Below are positions 31,575 to 41,497 of a stretch of DNA of 64,000 nt, one piece after another; the first letter of the stretch is position 1; every line of letters starts with the position of its first letter. The notes under the pieces were generated by a model. That model saw only the letters and a list, made by a program, of their open reading frames with translations, was not told the DNA's origin and did not search any database. The stretch comes from an uncultured delta proteobacterium (lineage in GTDB: Bacteria > Desulfobacterota > Binatia > UBA9968): contig CAVSLC010000009.1 in assembly GCA_963728565.1 (NCBI GenBank), forward strand, positions 1-64,000. The letters are read 5' to 3'. Position numbers and translations under genes: made by a program.

Positions 31575-34001
31575 TTAGTAAGACCTCCGCACTGAATCGG
31601 GGTTGTGGTTGGCGAGGCGCCAAACCACTTCCGGCGTGAGCGGCAGGTCAGTGATCTTGACGCCGAAAGGCGTAAGCGCATCTTCAACCGCGCTGGCAAT
31701 GGCGGCAGGTGAAGGGATAGCGGCGCCTTCTCCGGCCGCCTTTTGGCCGAGCGACGTGAACGGCGATGGCGATGGTCGATGAATGACTTCGACCTTCGGA
31801 GTTTCTGCCGTGGAGCATTTGCCGTAATCCAAATAGGTTACGGTAAGCGGTTGCCCTTCCGGGCTGTAGATAAAACCTTCCCCCAGCGCTACGGCGATGC
31901 CATGCGCCGCTGAGCCGTAAACCTGCCCATTAACCACGTCGGGGTTGATCACCGTGCCGTTATCGCCAACGATGAGATAGCGCAGGACTTCAACTTTACC
32001 CGTTGCTTTATCCACTTCTATGATGGCCGCGTGAGCGCCCGCCGAAAAAGTAAACTGCGCGCGCACTAGACGGTCGGCGCCGGGAACAATGTTCGGTTTG
32101 GCGTGTGGGAACGTGTAGTAGTGGGTCGCCTGTAGTCCCGCTTCCATGTCATCGGGAATTAGATGCTGGTTGTTGTAGGCGACCCGTCCGAGTTCGGCAA
32201 AAGTCACTTTCTTGGTGGCTGAACCGGGTACCTGGACCACACCGTTTTCGATGGTCAATTCCGCGGCATCGGCGTTAAGCAGGTGCGCGGCTAACTTCAC
32301 CACCTTCTCCCGCAGCTTTTTTGCCGCGCCGTGGATAGCGCCGATATCGTAGAGATGGAAATTGTTGCCGCTGTTGGCCGCCGCCACGCCCCAAGGCGAC
32401 AGATCGCTATCGAAAGGAATACTCGTGCTGATCTGATCAGGAGTCGTCCCTAAGATATCCGCGGCAACTTGGGCCGTCGTCGTCTCGTGCGCCTGGCCGC
32501 AATTGGGCGAGCCCAAATGCAACGCAATGGTGCCGTTCTTTTCGAGCTTGATGGTGGCGCCGTTGACACCGCCCGATCCCGGCGGCTCTTTCATCTCAGG
32601 AAAGATCGCCATATCCCGGGCGGCGTTCCGGCCCCCGGGTTCGACGCCGACGACGATGCCGATGCCGATTAAACGGCCTTTTTCGCGCTCGCGCTTTTGC
32701 TCTTCGCGTAGCTTATCGTAATCAATTTTTTCCAGGAGAGTTGACAGCAGGCCGGGATAATCGCCGCTGTCATAGACGTTGCCGCTGATGGTCCGGTACG
32801 GCATCTCACTCGGTTGAATCAAATTTTTTCGGCGTACGTCGATGGGACTCATGTTCAAGTCCTGGGCGACGCGATCCATCATCCGCTCCCAGATGTAACA
32901 CATGCCGGGTTTACCGATGCCGCGATTTGGAATCACCGGACATTTGTTAGTGACCACCGCATAGCCTTCCATGGCGATACTGGGGGTGCGGTACGTATTC
33001 GATAGATTGTTTAACTTATTGGTGAAATGAATCGTCAATGTGCTGATTGAGCCGCCGACATCGTCGTATTCCTTAAAGCGCAGCCCGAGCACGGTGCCGT
33101 CATTTTTAACGGCGGCCTCGGCCTCAAACTCCTGGGCGCACGCGTGTCCCCCAGCCATCATGTGCTCGCTGCGATCTTCCACCCACTTCACGGGCCTGCC
33201 GCTTTTCATCGATAGCAATGCGACCATGACGACGTACTTGCGGATCAAGTGAATTTTTTGTCCGAATCCGCCGCCAACATCAGGAATGATGACGCGCACG
33301 TCTTGCAGCCCGAGCGCCTCACGCAAACCATCGTAGATCACTTCCGGCACCTGTGCCGTGACCCAGACCGTCAGTCGTTTGCTGGCGGAATCGTAGGATG
33401 CGATGACCACGAACGGCTCCAGCGGCGTCGAGCTGTAACGGTGAATTTTTAAGTTTTCTTTGACAACGCGGTCGGCCGATTTAAATGCGCCATCGATGTC
33501 GCCGTATTGGAGCGAGCCATGCCAGGCCAGATTGCTGCCCAACTCCTCGAACAGTGTCGCGGAGGAAGGCTTGATCGCTTCGCGTACGTCAACCACCGGA
33601 CGGATCGGCTCGTATTCCACCGAGATGAGCTCCAAAGCATCTTCCGCGGTGCCGCGGTCGCGAGCGGCGACTGCGCCGAGAGGCTCACCGACGTAACGCA
33701 CTTTATCGACGGCGCCGGCATACTCATCGATAGGCCGTTTTAGGCCGGCGGCGTAGCGACCCGGCTTAAACGGTTTGGTGCTTTGCTTGATATCGTCCGG
33801 GGTAATCACTGCTATGACGTTGGGATTGGCCAAAGCTTGCGCAGGATCGACGGACAGAATTTTCGCGTGCGCGTGCGGGCTGCGCAGAATCATCGCCTGC
33901 AACATGCCGGGCAAAATGAAGTCGTCGGTATAAAGACCTCGACCGCTGACATGTCGCGGCCCTTCTTTGCTGCGCGTGCGACTGCCAATGAAATTAGACA
34001 T
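31575..34001 (-). CDS. Xanthine-dehydrogenase-family molybdopterin subunit (set 2)
   Basis: LRSPHAHA, DVGGGFGQK, YDSGDY, GQAHET, KAAGEG. Confidence 0.9.
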   Translation of the reverse strand: MSNFIGSRTRSKEGPRHVSGRGLYTDDFILPGMLQAMILRSPHAHAKILSVDPAQALANPNVIAVITPDDIKQSTKPFKPGRYAAGLKRPIDEYAGAVDKVRYVGEPLGAVAARDRGTAEDALELISVEYEPIRPVVDVREAIKPSSATLFEELGSNLAWHGSLQYGDIDGAFKSADRVVKENLKIHRYSSTPLEPFVVIASYDSASKRLTVWVTAQVPEVIYDGLREALGLQDVRVIIPDVGGGFGQKIHLIRKYVVMVALLSMKSGRPVKWVEDRSEHMMAGGHACAQEFEAEAAVKNDGTVLGLRFKEYDDVGGSISTLTIHFTNKLNNLSNTYRTPSIAMEGYAVVTNKCPVIPNRGIGKPGMCYIWERMMDRVAQDLNMSPIDVRRKNLIQPSEMPYRTISGNVYDSGDYPGLLSTLLEKIDYDKLREEQKREREKGRLIGIGIVVGVEPGGRNAARDMAIFPEMKEPPGSGGVNGATIKLEKNGTIALHLGSPNCGQAHETTTAQVAADILGTTPDQISTSIPFDSDLSPWGVAAANSGNNFHLYDIGAIHGAAKKLREKVVKLAAHLLNADAAELTIENGVVQVPGSATKKVTFAELGRVAYNNQHLIPDDMEAGLQATHYYTFPHAKPNIVPGADRLVRAQFTFSAGAHAAIIEVDKATGKVEVLRYLIVGDNGTVINPDVVNGQVYGSAAHGIAVALGEGFIYSPEGQPLTVTYLDYGKCSTAETPKVEVIHRPSPSPFTSLGQKAAGEGAAIPSPAAIASAVEDALTPFGVKITDLPLTPEVVWRLANHNPDSVRRSY

Positions 34002-34467
34002 GGCTGGATCCTTTTGCCGCGTCCTTTACGGCTTCGACGATCTGCACATAACCGGTGCACATGCACAGATTGCCGCCGAGCGCTTTGCGAATTTCGTCTT
34101 CGGTGGGCTGGGGATGATCGCGCAAAAGCGCATGGCTTGCCATCACCATCCCGGGGGTGCAGTATCCGCATTGTAAGGCGTAATGCTTAACGAACGCTTC
34201 TTGAATTACACTCAGCTGACCGTCTTTGGCCAATCCCTCGATTGTCGTCACACTGCAGCCATCCGCCTGCACCGCAAAGTGTAGACAAGATTTAATCAGC
34301 TTGTCATCGAGAAGAACCGAGCACGCGCCGCATTCGCCGACGACGCAGCCGACGTGGGTACCGGTTAAGCCGATGGTTTCGCGCAGAAAGTGCGATAGCA
34401 AAATGCGCGGCTCGACATCTTCTTCATACAAGCGTCCGTTAACAGTGACGCGTATCGTTTTCTTCAT
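33994..34467 (-). CDS. Molybdenum hydroxylase 2x[2Fe-2S] subunit (set 2)
   Basis: GCVVGECGACSV, QCGYCTPG, NLCMCTGY. Confidence 0.92.
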   Translation of the reverse strand: MKKTIRVTVNGRLYEEDVEPRILLSHFLRETIGLTGTHVGCVVGECGACSVLLDDKLIKSCLHFAVQADGCSVTTIEGLAKDGQLSVIQEAFVKHYALQCGYCTPGMVMASHALLRDHPQPTEDEIRKALGGNLCMCTGYVQIVEAVKDAAKGSSHV

Positions 34468-34499
34468 AGTGTTTAAACTAACGTTTGCCGGAAAACCGG

Positions 34500-35360
34500 T
34501 CAACTAAGGCGCTGGATGGCTTGTGCAGCGGCGCGACGCACAAGCACTTTGACCAGGTCACGCTTATAATCTGCCGAGCCGCGATTGTCGTCCATAGGAT
34601 CGACCTCGGTCGCGGCAACTTCGCCAGCTTCTCGGAGGAGGTCGTCTGAAAGCCGCTGTCCGCGTAAGACATCCTCGGCGCGTTTGGCGCGCATGATTGT
34701 GGAAGCCACTGAGTTAAGCGCCAGCCGCACATCTTCGCAGGAGCCCGCCTTGGCGCGCAACGTCATGGCGACGCCCACGGTCGCGAAATCTTCTACGCTG
34801 CGAGGGGTGAACTTAATGTGGGACCAGCCGGGCCGTTGAGGTGGTGGAACGCGTATTTCCGTCAACAACTCGCCGGGTTCTAGCGCAGTCTGATAGTAGT
34901 CGACAAAAAAATCCTCTAACGATGCGGTTCTCTTTCCATTGCTGCTGGCCAACGTGAGTTCCGCATCCAGAGCAAGCAGGCTAGCGCCCGGATCTGTCAG
35001 TGGATCGCCACCGGCTAAGTTGCCGCCGATGGTTCCCATGTTGCGAATTCTGGGCTGCGCGACTTTGCGAAAGGTTTCGTGGAGCAGGGGATAGTACTGC
35101 TTCACCGCAGGTGAAAGCTCGATATCGCGGTGGCGCGCGCCGGCGCCGATGTGCAAGCCGTCTTGTGGGTCGAACGTAATCGTGTCGAAACCGGGAATCC
35201 GGCCGAGGCCGATTACCACCTTGGGCATCAGCAAACGTTGGCGCATCCAGATGATCAGGGAAGTGCCTCCGGCAATTACCCGGGCATTATCCCCGTGTTG
35301 TTGCAGAAGCGAAAAAGCTTCGGATAGAGTAGCCGGCTCCAAGTAGTCGAATCTGTTCAT
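34500..35360 (-). CDS. Molybdenum hydroxylase FAD subunit (set 1)
   Basis: IAGGTSL, IRNMGTIGGNL, DDNRGSADYKR. Confidence 0.9.
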   Translation of the reverse strand: MNRFDYLEPATLSEAFSLLQQHGDNARVIAGGTSLIIWMRQRLLMPKVVIGLGRIPGFDTITFDPQDGLHIGAGARHRDIELSPAVKQYYPLLHETFRKVAQPRIRNMGTIGGNLAGGDPLTDPGASLLALDAELTLASSNGKRTASLEDFFVDYYQTALEPGELLTEIRVPPPQRPGWSHIKFTPRSVEDFATVGVAMTLRAKAGSCEDVRLALNSVASTIMRAKRAEDVLRGQRLSDDLLREAGEVAATEVDPMDDNRGSADYKRDLVKVLVRRAAAQAIQRLS

Positions 35361-37654
35361 GACTTAACAGTTTCTCTGGCGCGGTTTTCCTGCAAGCCAC
35401 GGAGGATTTTCTCCGGCGTGATCGGCAGCGTCCTAATGCGCACTCCGACGGCATCGAAGATGGCATTGCTGATGACCGCCGCTGTCGGATCCATATTCAA
35501 TTCGCCTAATCCCTTGGCGCCAAAGGGGCCGGTCGGCTCGTAGGACTCCGCGAATGCGTGCTGGAGCGGCGGCATGTCTCGCATCGACGGAATGCGGTAA
35601 TCAGAAAAATTCGGATTGACCGGTTTGCCTTCATCGATTTGCAAACCTTCGGTGAGTGCATAGCCAATTCCCTGCGATAATCCGCCTTCCACCTGCCCCT
35701 CGGCTCCGAGAGGATAGATGACCGTGCCACAGTCGGAGGCGATGACAAACTTCAATATCTCGACCTGTCCGGTTTCCGGATCGACGCGAACCTGCGCGGC
35801 CTGAACGCCGTAATTGTACGCGCCCGATTCGTTGCCGAAACGTGTGCTGTCCGGTAATACGGAGTCGGCATCGAAGCTGCCGGAGCCGACGATCGGCGCG
35901 CCATTATGGCGAAACAGCCGTGCTCGAGCGACGTCGGCTACTGACACTGACTTCCCTTGGGTGCCAGCCACGAATATGCGCCCATCGTTGGCAACGAGGT
36001 CTTCGGCATTGGCTTCGAGCATTTCAGCTGCTTGCTGGAAAAGTTGTTGCTTTACGTTGGCGGCGGCGTTTTTTACCGCGTTGCCGCTGACGTAGGTGAG
36101 CCGGCTGGCAAACGCGCCTAAACAGAACGTCGTCAAATCAGTGTCGGCCCGCGAGATCTCTACGTCTTCAACTGGCAGCCCCAGTTCTTCAGCGGCAATC
36201 TGGCACATCGCGGTATGAACTCCCTGCCCGCATTCACCTTCGCCGCTGAGGATCAACGCTTTGCCATCTTCGTTCAGCTTGATGGTCGCGGAACTGCCGT
36301 CATAGTCACCGAAGTGACGCTTGCCGCTTACGTGCACCGTGCATGCCAACCCCAAGCCGGTATTCGGCTCCCTGTTGGCGCGCCGCGTTTTCCAATCGAT
36401 CATCTTCTCCGCCATATCGAGACACTGCTTCAACTCGCAACTGGTGACCCGGTTGCCGTGCGGCGAGACGTACCCGGTTTCGGCCGCATTGATGCGCGCG
36501 ATTTCGATGGGATCTATGCCAAGCTCATGCGCGCCCAAATCGATCGCCTGCTCGACCGCCCATTCGGCTGACGGGTTACCGAATCCACGAAACGCGCCGG
36601 TTGGGATTTTATTGGTATAGACCAGATGAGCTTCGGTTTTGACATCCGAATACTTATAGCAGGTGTCATGGCGCATGGCCGCTACTCCGGTGATTGCCGG
36701 CGCTTTCGCGGAATAGGCGCCGTTGTCGGCGATCACCTTGATATGCTTGGCGCGAATGCGACCATCCTTTTTGAAGCCGAGCTTGACATTGATCTTCATG
36801 AAAACTCGCGGACGGCAGCCAGCCAGGAATTCTTCTTCACGCGTGTTGATAAGCTTCACGGGTTTGCCGGCTTTGCGCGATAGAACCGCGGCCACCAATG
36901 CGTTATTGTCGTCGCACGATTTGCCGCCGAAGCCGCCGCCGACCGCGCTCTGGATGATCCGCACGTCGGTCTCGGGCACGCCGAGCGCTGTGGCAATTCG
37001 GTAACGCGCGTTAAACAAAGTTTGGGTGTTCATGTAGATCGTGTATTTGCCGTTGGGCGAATATTCGGCAACGCTACCGATGGTTTCGATAGAGCAGTGC
37101 CATTGCGGCATGCTCTGGAACGTGTCTTCGACGATCACATCGGACTCAGCGAAGGCTTGGGCGATATTGCCGCGCTCGATGTCCATCGTCATTGCAATAT
37201 TATTGGGCTTGTCGTCATGCACCAGCGGCGCGCCGTCTTGCATCGCTTCTTCGGCGTCGAAGACCCCGGGCAGCGGTTCCCAATCGACCTCGATCAAATC
37301 GATGGCCTCCTCGGCGATGTCGGGATCTATGGCCGCGACCGCGGCGACTTCTTCGCCAACGTAACGCGTCTTTCCGACGGAAAGGATATACTGATCGGCA
37401 AAAAACGCGCCCCACGGTCGTTTGATGGTATCTTCAGCGGTGACCACGGCGCGCACGCCGCGAAGTTTTTCCGCCTTGCGGGTATCGATGCTGCGGATCC
37501 GCGCATGGGGAAACGGGCTGCGCAGCACTTTGCCGATCAGCATATTCGGAAGAAAAACATCCGCGATGAATTTCGAATCACCAGTGACCTTGTCGAAGCC
37601 TTCGACTCGCTGAACGCGCCGGCCGACGACCGAGAACTTTTCTGCTTTTGCCAT
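35357..37654 (-). CDS. Xanthine-dehydrogenase-family molybdopterin subunit (set 1)
   Basis: LRSPFPHA, VGGGFGGK, GAFRGFG, GQG, FASR, GAKGLGE. Confidence 0.9.
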   Translation of the reverse strand: MAKAEKFSVVGRRVQRVEGFDKVTGDSKFIADVFLPNMLIGKVLRSPFPHARIRSIDTRKAEKLRGVRAVVTAEDTIKRPWGAFFADQYILSVGKTRYVGEEVAAVAAIDPDIAEEAIDLIEVDWEPLPGVFDAEEAMQDGAPLVHDDKPNNIAMTMDIERGNIAQAFAESDVIVEDTFQSMPQWHCSIETIGSVAEYSPNGKYTIYMNTQTLFNARYRIATALGVPETDVRIIQSAVGGGFGGKSCDDNNALVAAVLSRKAGKPVKLINTREEEFLAGCRPRVFMKINVKLGFKKDGRIRAKHIKVIADNGAYSAKAPAITGVAAMRHDTCYKYSDVKTEAHLVYTNKIPTGAFRGFGNPSAEWAVEQAIDLGAHELGIDPIEIARINAAETGYVSPHGNRVTSCELKQCLDMAEKMIDWKTRRANREPNTGLGLACTVHVSGKRHFGDYDGSSATIKLNEDGKALILSGEGECGQGVHTAMCQIAAEELGLPVEDVEISRADTDLTTFCLGAFASRLTYVSGNAVKNAAANVKQQLFQQAAEMLEANAEDLVANDGRIFVAGTQGKSVSVADVARARLFRHNGAPIVGSGSFDADSVLPDSTRFGNESGAYNYGVQAAQVRVDPETGQVEILKFVIASDCGTVIYPLGAEGQVEGGLSQGIGYALTEGLQIDEGKPVNPNFSDYRIPSMRDMPPLQHAFAESYEPTGPFGAKGLGELNMDPTAAVISNAIFDAVGVRIRTLPITPEKILRGLQENRARETVKS

Positions 37655-37757
37655 AGGTTACGATCTCTTTATAATTCGTAGAACGTCTATATGCGATCCT
37701 TGTGACCGCTTGGGCTCAAGTCAATCCTTTCACTTGGAATTGACGCGCTCAGCGCGC

Positions 37758-38327
37758 TCACTCACCTTTGTGTGCCTGAGGTGTCTTTGCGACCGCTTTG
37801 TATACGTCCAGGCTTTGAATTTTTGCGGTCTGCTCGCGTTTTCGAAATGCGAAATCAGGATCGATCTGGTTATTAACCACCGCCATCACGGCTTCGAGAA
37901 TTTTATAGTAGCCGGTGCAGCGGCAGAGATTGCCCGACATCCATTCCTTGACCTGGTCTTCTGTTGGCGTGGGGTTTTCGTCCAAAAGAGACTTCGCAGC
38001 CATGATCTGTCCGGGAGTGCAGATGCCGCATTGAAAGCCGCCGTACTCGATGAAAGCCTGCTGCAGCGGGTGGAGCTTGCCATTCTTGGCGAGACCTTCG
38101 ATGGTTTGGATCTCTTTACCGCCGCAGCCAGCCGCCAATGTCAGGCACGAGCTCACGACCCTGCCGTCGACAATGACACTGCATGCGCCGCAGACACCAA
38201 TGGAGCACCCTTCCTTCGTTCCAGTCAAACCGAGCGTATCCCTGAGGACTTGAAGCAGGAGCCGGTTTGACTCTATTTCAACCTCGTGTTCCTCACCGTT
38301 GACGATAAAACAGACGTTCTTCTTCAT
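37758..38327 (-). CDS. Molybdenum hydroxylase 2x[2Fe-2S] subunit (set 1) with C-terminal extension
   Basis: GCSIGVCGACSV, QCGICTPG, NLCRCTGY. Confidence 0.92.
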   Translation of the reverse strand: MKKNVCFIVNGEEHEVEIESNRLLLQVLRDTLGLTGTKEGCSIGVCGACSVIVDGRVVSSCLTLAAGCGGKEIQTIEGLAKNGKLHPLQQAFIEYGGFQCGICTPGQIMAAKSLLDENPTPTEDQVKEWMSGNLCRCTGYYKILEAVMAVVNNQIDPDFAFRKREQTAKIQSLDVYKAVAKTPQAHKGE

Positions 38328-38329
38328 GG

Positions 38330-39985
38330 CTATTCCGAGCGTCCAGTGTGGGATTTACCCCATTTGGCACGCATCGATTTCAATGTCTCGCCTTCCCCTA
38401 CCTGAACTCGAGTTTGGCGCAGTTTCTCCCATACTTTTTCATGTTCGCTTTGCGCTGCCAGCTCGGCTTCCTCTTCCAGATCTTCCGGCCATAGACCCAT
38501 CAAATAGCCATGCCATGGTTCTTGCGGTTCGAGTTTCGGCAGACCCAGCTCTTCCCAGATCTCTCGCGCCCGGACCATGAATTCTTTCTTTGGCAGCGAT
38601 AGGGGCGGAAAGTCAGCCTTGCGGGTAGCGTCGATCAGCAACGAGGACTCGCAATTGTCATAACGGCTCGAGGAATGCGTTGCTACCATGCCTATGGGCG
38701 TGGCGCCGAACGGCCGGTCACCGACAATTTTGATGTCCTTGTGAGGTTGGGAGCGATGGGTGATGGCCCAATTGACGGCAATTGGATCTTTGACATTGAT
38801 GTCCTCGTCGACCGCAACGATCATCTTTCCGACACGGTCGCCATAGTCCAGGACCGCCTGCATGACGCCCCAAGGATCTTCGTCGTTCCTTTTCTTCAAA
38901 CTGACTGCGACATAAGGCCGCAGGTTCACCAAGGGCTCGATCATGTGAACCTCGCGGACGCAGTCAAAGCCTTTGCTGACGATGAAACGTTTGACCAAGG
39001 TCGACATTCCCATCGCTTTAATCTTGGAACTTTCGCTTGGAGTTACCTGGCTGATGATCGAAACCCAGATGGGATCCTTGCGGTGCGTGACGCACTTCAA
39101 CTCGAACATCGTGCTCAACGTTCTGGGATCGACATAACCCATCGACTCGCCGTAAGGACCTTCTTCCTCCATATAGTTGGTCGGAATGATGCCTTCCAGG
39201 ACAATTTCCGCTGTAGCCGGCACCTCCAGGTCCACGGTCTTGCATTTGACTAGCTTCACCGGCGCGCCTGTGAGGCCTCCGGCCAATGCAATTTCATCGA
39301 CGTCCGGCGGTACCTTCTGGGTCGCGCAATAAGATACGGCTGGAACTGTGCCGACCACGATGGCAACCTCCAAAGGCTTTCCGAGCTTGCGGCATTTTTC
39401 CCAATGCGAGGACAAGTCCTGCGGCGTTCCCGACATAAGTCCACTCAGCGCAGGTCCTTTGATCAATCCGCGATAATTGCCGACGTTTCTCCTGCCGCTC
39501 TCCGGGTCTTTCGTGATCCAGTGGCCGGCGGTAATATAAGGACCATTGTCGAATCCCGGTGTGGACATCGGGATCGCGAACTCCAGTAAACCGCCTTGGG
39601 ACAAAAGATCGTCTCCTGTGTGGACCTCCTCCTGGCACGGTCCGGAGCCGATAATGATCGGATCAATGGGATGATCCATGGCGTAGAGCCAGCGATCGGC
39701 AACCTCATCGGGCTGGCACTTCAGCCCCAGACAGTAGATCGCTTCCGAGCCGGCGAGACCGCCGACTAACACGCGGCAATTGTACTTGCGTCCTTTTCCA
39801 TCCGTGACATTGTCGAAGAGAAAGCCGCGGCGCGCTTCTTCGGGTAAGCCGCGAAACTGCCAGCGTACCAACGGTTGTAATTCGCTGTCTTTATTTATTT
39901 CTCGATGAATTCGGTACAGCTTGTCGTGAGCGTCGAGTGCGGCGATAAACTCTCTTAAATCCTCATAAGGTTTAGCAAAATTCAT
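38330..39985 (-). CDS. ubiD: UbiD-family prFMN-dependent (de)carboxylase
   Basis: DLREFI, NVGNYR, VPATAEIVLEG, EGPYGESMGY, VDEDIN, IDATRK. Confidence 0.9.
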   Translation of the reverse strand: MNFAKPYEDLREFIAALDAHDKLYRIHREINKDSELQPLVRWQFRGLPEEARRGFLFDNVTDGKGRKYNCRVLVGGLAGSEAIYCLGLKCQPDEVADRWLYAMDHPIDPIIIGSGPCQEEVHTGDDLLSQGGLLEFAIPMSTPGFDNGPYITAGHWITKDPESGRRNVGNYRGLIKGPALSGLMSGTPQDLSSHWEKCRKLGKPLEVAIVVGTVPAVSYCATQKVPPDVDEIALAGGLTGAPVKLVKCKTVDLEVPATAEIVLEGIIPTNYMEEEGPYGESMGYVDPRTLSTMFELKCVTHRKDPIWVSIISQVTPSESSKIKAMGMSTLVKRFIVSKGFDCVREVHMIEPLVNLRPYVAVSLKKRNDEDPWGVMQAVLDYGDRVGKMIVAVDEDINVKDPIAVNWAITHRSQPHKDIKIVGDRPFGATPIGMVATHSSSRYDNCESSLLIDATRKADFPPLSLPKKEFMVRAREIWEELGLPKLEPQEPWHGYLMGLWPEDLEEEAELAAQSEHEKVWEKLRQTRVQVGEGETLKSMRAKWGKSHTGRSE

Positions 39986-40084
39986 AGATTTTTTGTCTAT
40001 GCTTTTTTCCTCGCATTAGCAAGCGGGCTAGGCGAAATTGCTTGCAAATCCGGATCTGATCCGTAACATTGAGAATTCGTTCAT

Positions 40085-41497
40085 ATGTCGCTTAAAATCT
40101 TCAATACACTCAGCGGGGAAAAAGAAGATTTTGTGCCACTGATCCCGGGAGAAGTGCGGATGTACGTGTGCGGCGTGACGGTTTACGATTCCTCGCACAT
40201 CGGCCATGCGCGCTCACTGTTGAGCTTCGATACCATCTATCGCTATCTGAAATTCTCCGGTTATCGCGTGCAATTCGTGCGCAATTTCACCGACGTCGAC
40301 GATAAAATTATCAACAAAGCCAACGACCAGAAAATAAGTTGTAAAGCTGTTACCGACCGCTACATTGACGAATTTCACCGGGACGCCGTGTCTTTAGGAT
40401 TGCTGCCGCCGAGCCTAGAGCCGCGGGCGACCGTGCATATCGCAGAGATCATCGAGCTCATACAAAAACTCGAAGAGCGGCGGCTGGCCTACCGCATCGA
40501 CGGCGATGTATTTTTTTCCGTTCCGGGTTTCCCCGGATATGGCAAGCTTTCGCGCAAAAGGATCGAGGAGTTGGAGGCGGGGGCTCGCGTCGAAATCGAT
40601 GAGCGCAAGAAATCCCCACTCGATTTCGCTCTTTGGAAATCGAGTAAGGCGGGCGAGCCTACTTGGGAAAGCCCCTGGGGTCCGGGCCGTCCGGGCTGGC
40701 ATATCGAGTGTTCGGCGATGAGCAGCAAATATCTCGGTCAGCCGTTCGACATTCACGGCGGCGGCAGAGACTTGATGTTCCCGCATCATGAAAATGAAAT
40801 TGCCCAGTCCGAGGGCGCATTTGGCTTGCCGCTTGCGCGCTACTGGATGCATAATGGGCTCTTGACCGTGAACGGCGAAAAAATGTCGAAGTCGTTAGGC
40901 AACTACTTCACGATAGAGGAGATTCTACAGGAGCACGATCCGGTTGCGCTGCGCCAGTTGTTCTTGACTAGCCATTATCGGAGTCCGGGCGATTTCTCTA
41001 AGGAAGCGCTGCAGGAAGCGGGACGGGCCGCCGAGAGAGTCTATGAAACAATTGAGCGGATTGCGTGTTCCGGAATCAATCGGCAGAACACGGTCGCAGA
41101 CGCCTCATTGATGTCTAGCTTCTGCCAGGAGATGAATGATGACTTTAACACGCCGCGGGCGTTAGCTTTGATCTTTGACGAGGTACGATCTCTCAATCGC
41201 TTGCTCGATGCCAAGCAGAATGATCGCATCGCTGAACGCGCTTCGGCGCTGGAAACCATATGCGAAGCTCTTGGACTGCTGCAAGATGGTCCGGAGGCAT
41301 TTTTCAGCAGGAAGAAGGCACGGTGGCTGCGACAACAAGGCTTTGCGGAAGAGGAGGTGCAGAAGGCAATTGCCGCCAGGGATCAGGCCCGAATGAACAA
41401 GAACTGGCATGAGGCGGATCGTATTCGCAATGAATTACTCGCCAAAGGAATCGTTGTGGAAGACACTCGAGGCGGCACTACTTGGAAGGTTAGATGA
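40085..41497 (+). CDS. cysS: Cysteine--tRNA ligase
   Basis: MYVCGVTVYD, HIGH, GRPGWHIECS, FPHHENE, KMSKS. Confidence 0.97.
   Translation: MSLKIFNTLSGEKEDFVPLIPGEVRMYVCGVTVYDSSHIGHARSLLSFDTIYRYLKFSGYRVQFVRNFTDVDDKIINKANDQKISCKAVTDRYIDEFHRDAVSLGLLPPSLEPRATVHIAEIIELIQKLEERRLAYRIDGDVFFSVPGFPGYGKLSRKRIEELEAGARVEIDERKKSPLDFALWKSSKAGEPTWESPWGPGRPGWHIECSAMSSKYLGQPFDIHGGGRDLMFPHHENEIAQSEGAFGLPLARYWMHNGLLTVNGEKMSKSLGNYFTIEEILQEHDPVALRQLFLTSHYRSPGDFSKEALQEAGRAAERVYETIERIACSGINRQNTVADASLMSSFCQEMNDDFNTPRALALIFDEVRSLNRLLDAKQNDRIAERASALETICEALGLLQDGPEAFFSRKKARWLRQQGFAEEEVQKAIAARDQARMNKNWHEADRIRNELLAKGIVVEDTRGGTTWKVR

Noticed and set aside
31575-34001. Aerobic CO dehydrogenase CoxL
   Set aside because: Lacks the AYxCSFR copper-binding loop and the form II AYRGAGR loop
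34500-37654. 4-hydroxybenzoyl-CoA reductase
   Set aside because: The 286-aa FAD subunit lacks the Cys-rich [4Fe-4S] insertion of HcrB
37022-38270. Long plus-strand ORFs opposite the Mo-hydroxylase genes (and similar antisense ORFs elsewhere)
   Set aside because: Shadow ORFs of GC-rich coding strands with no motifs
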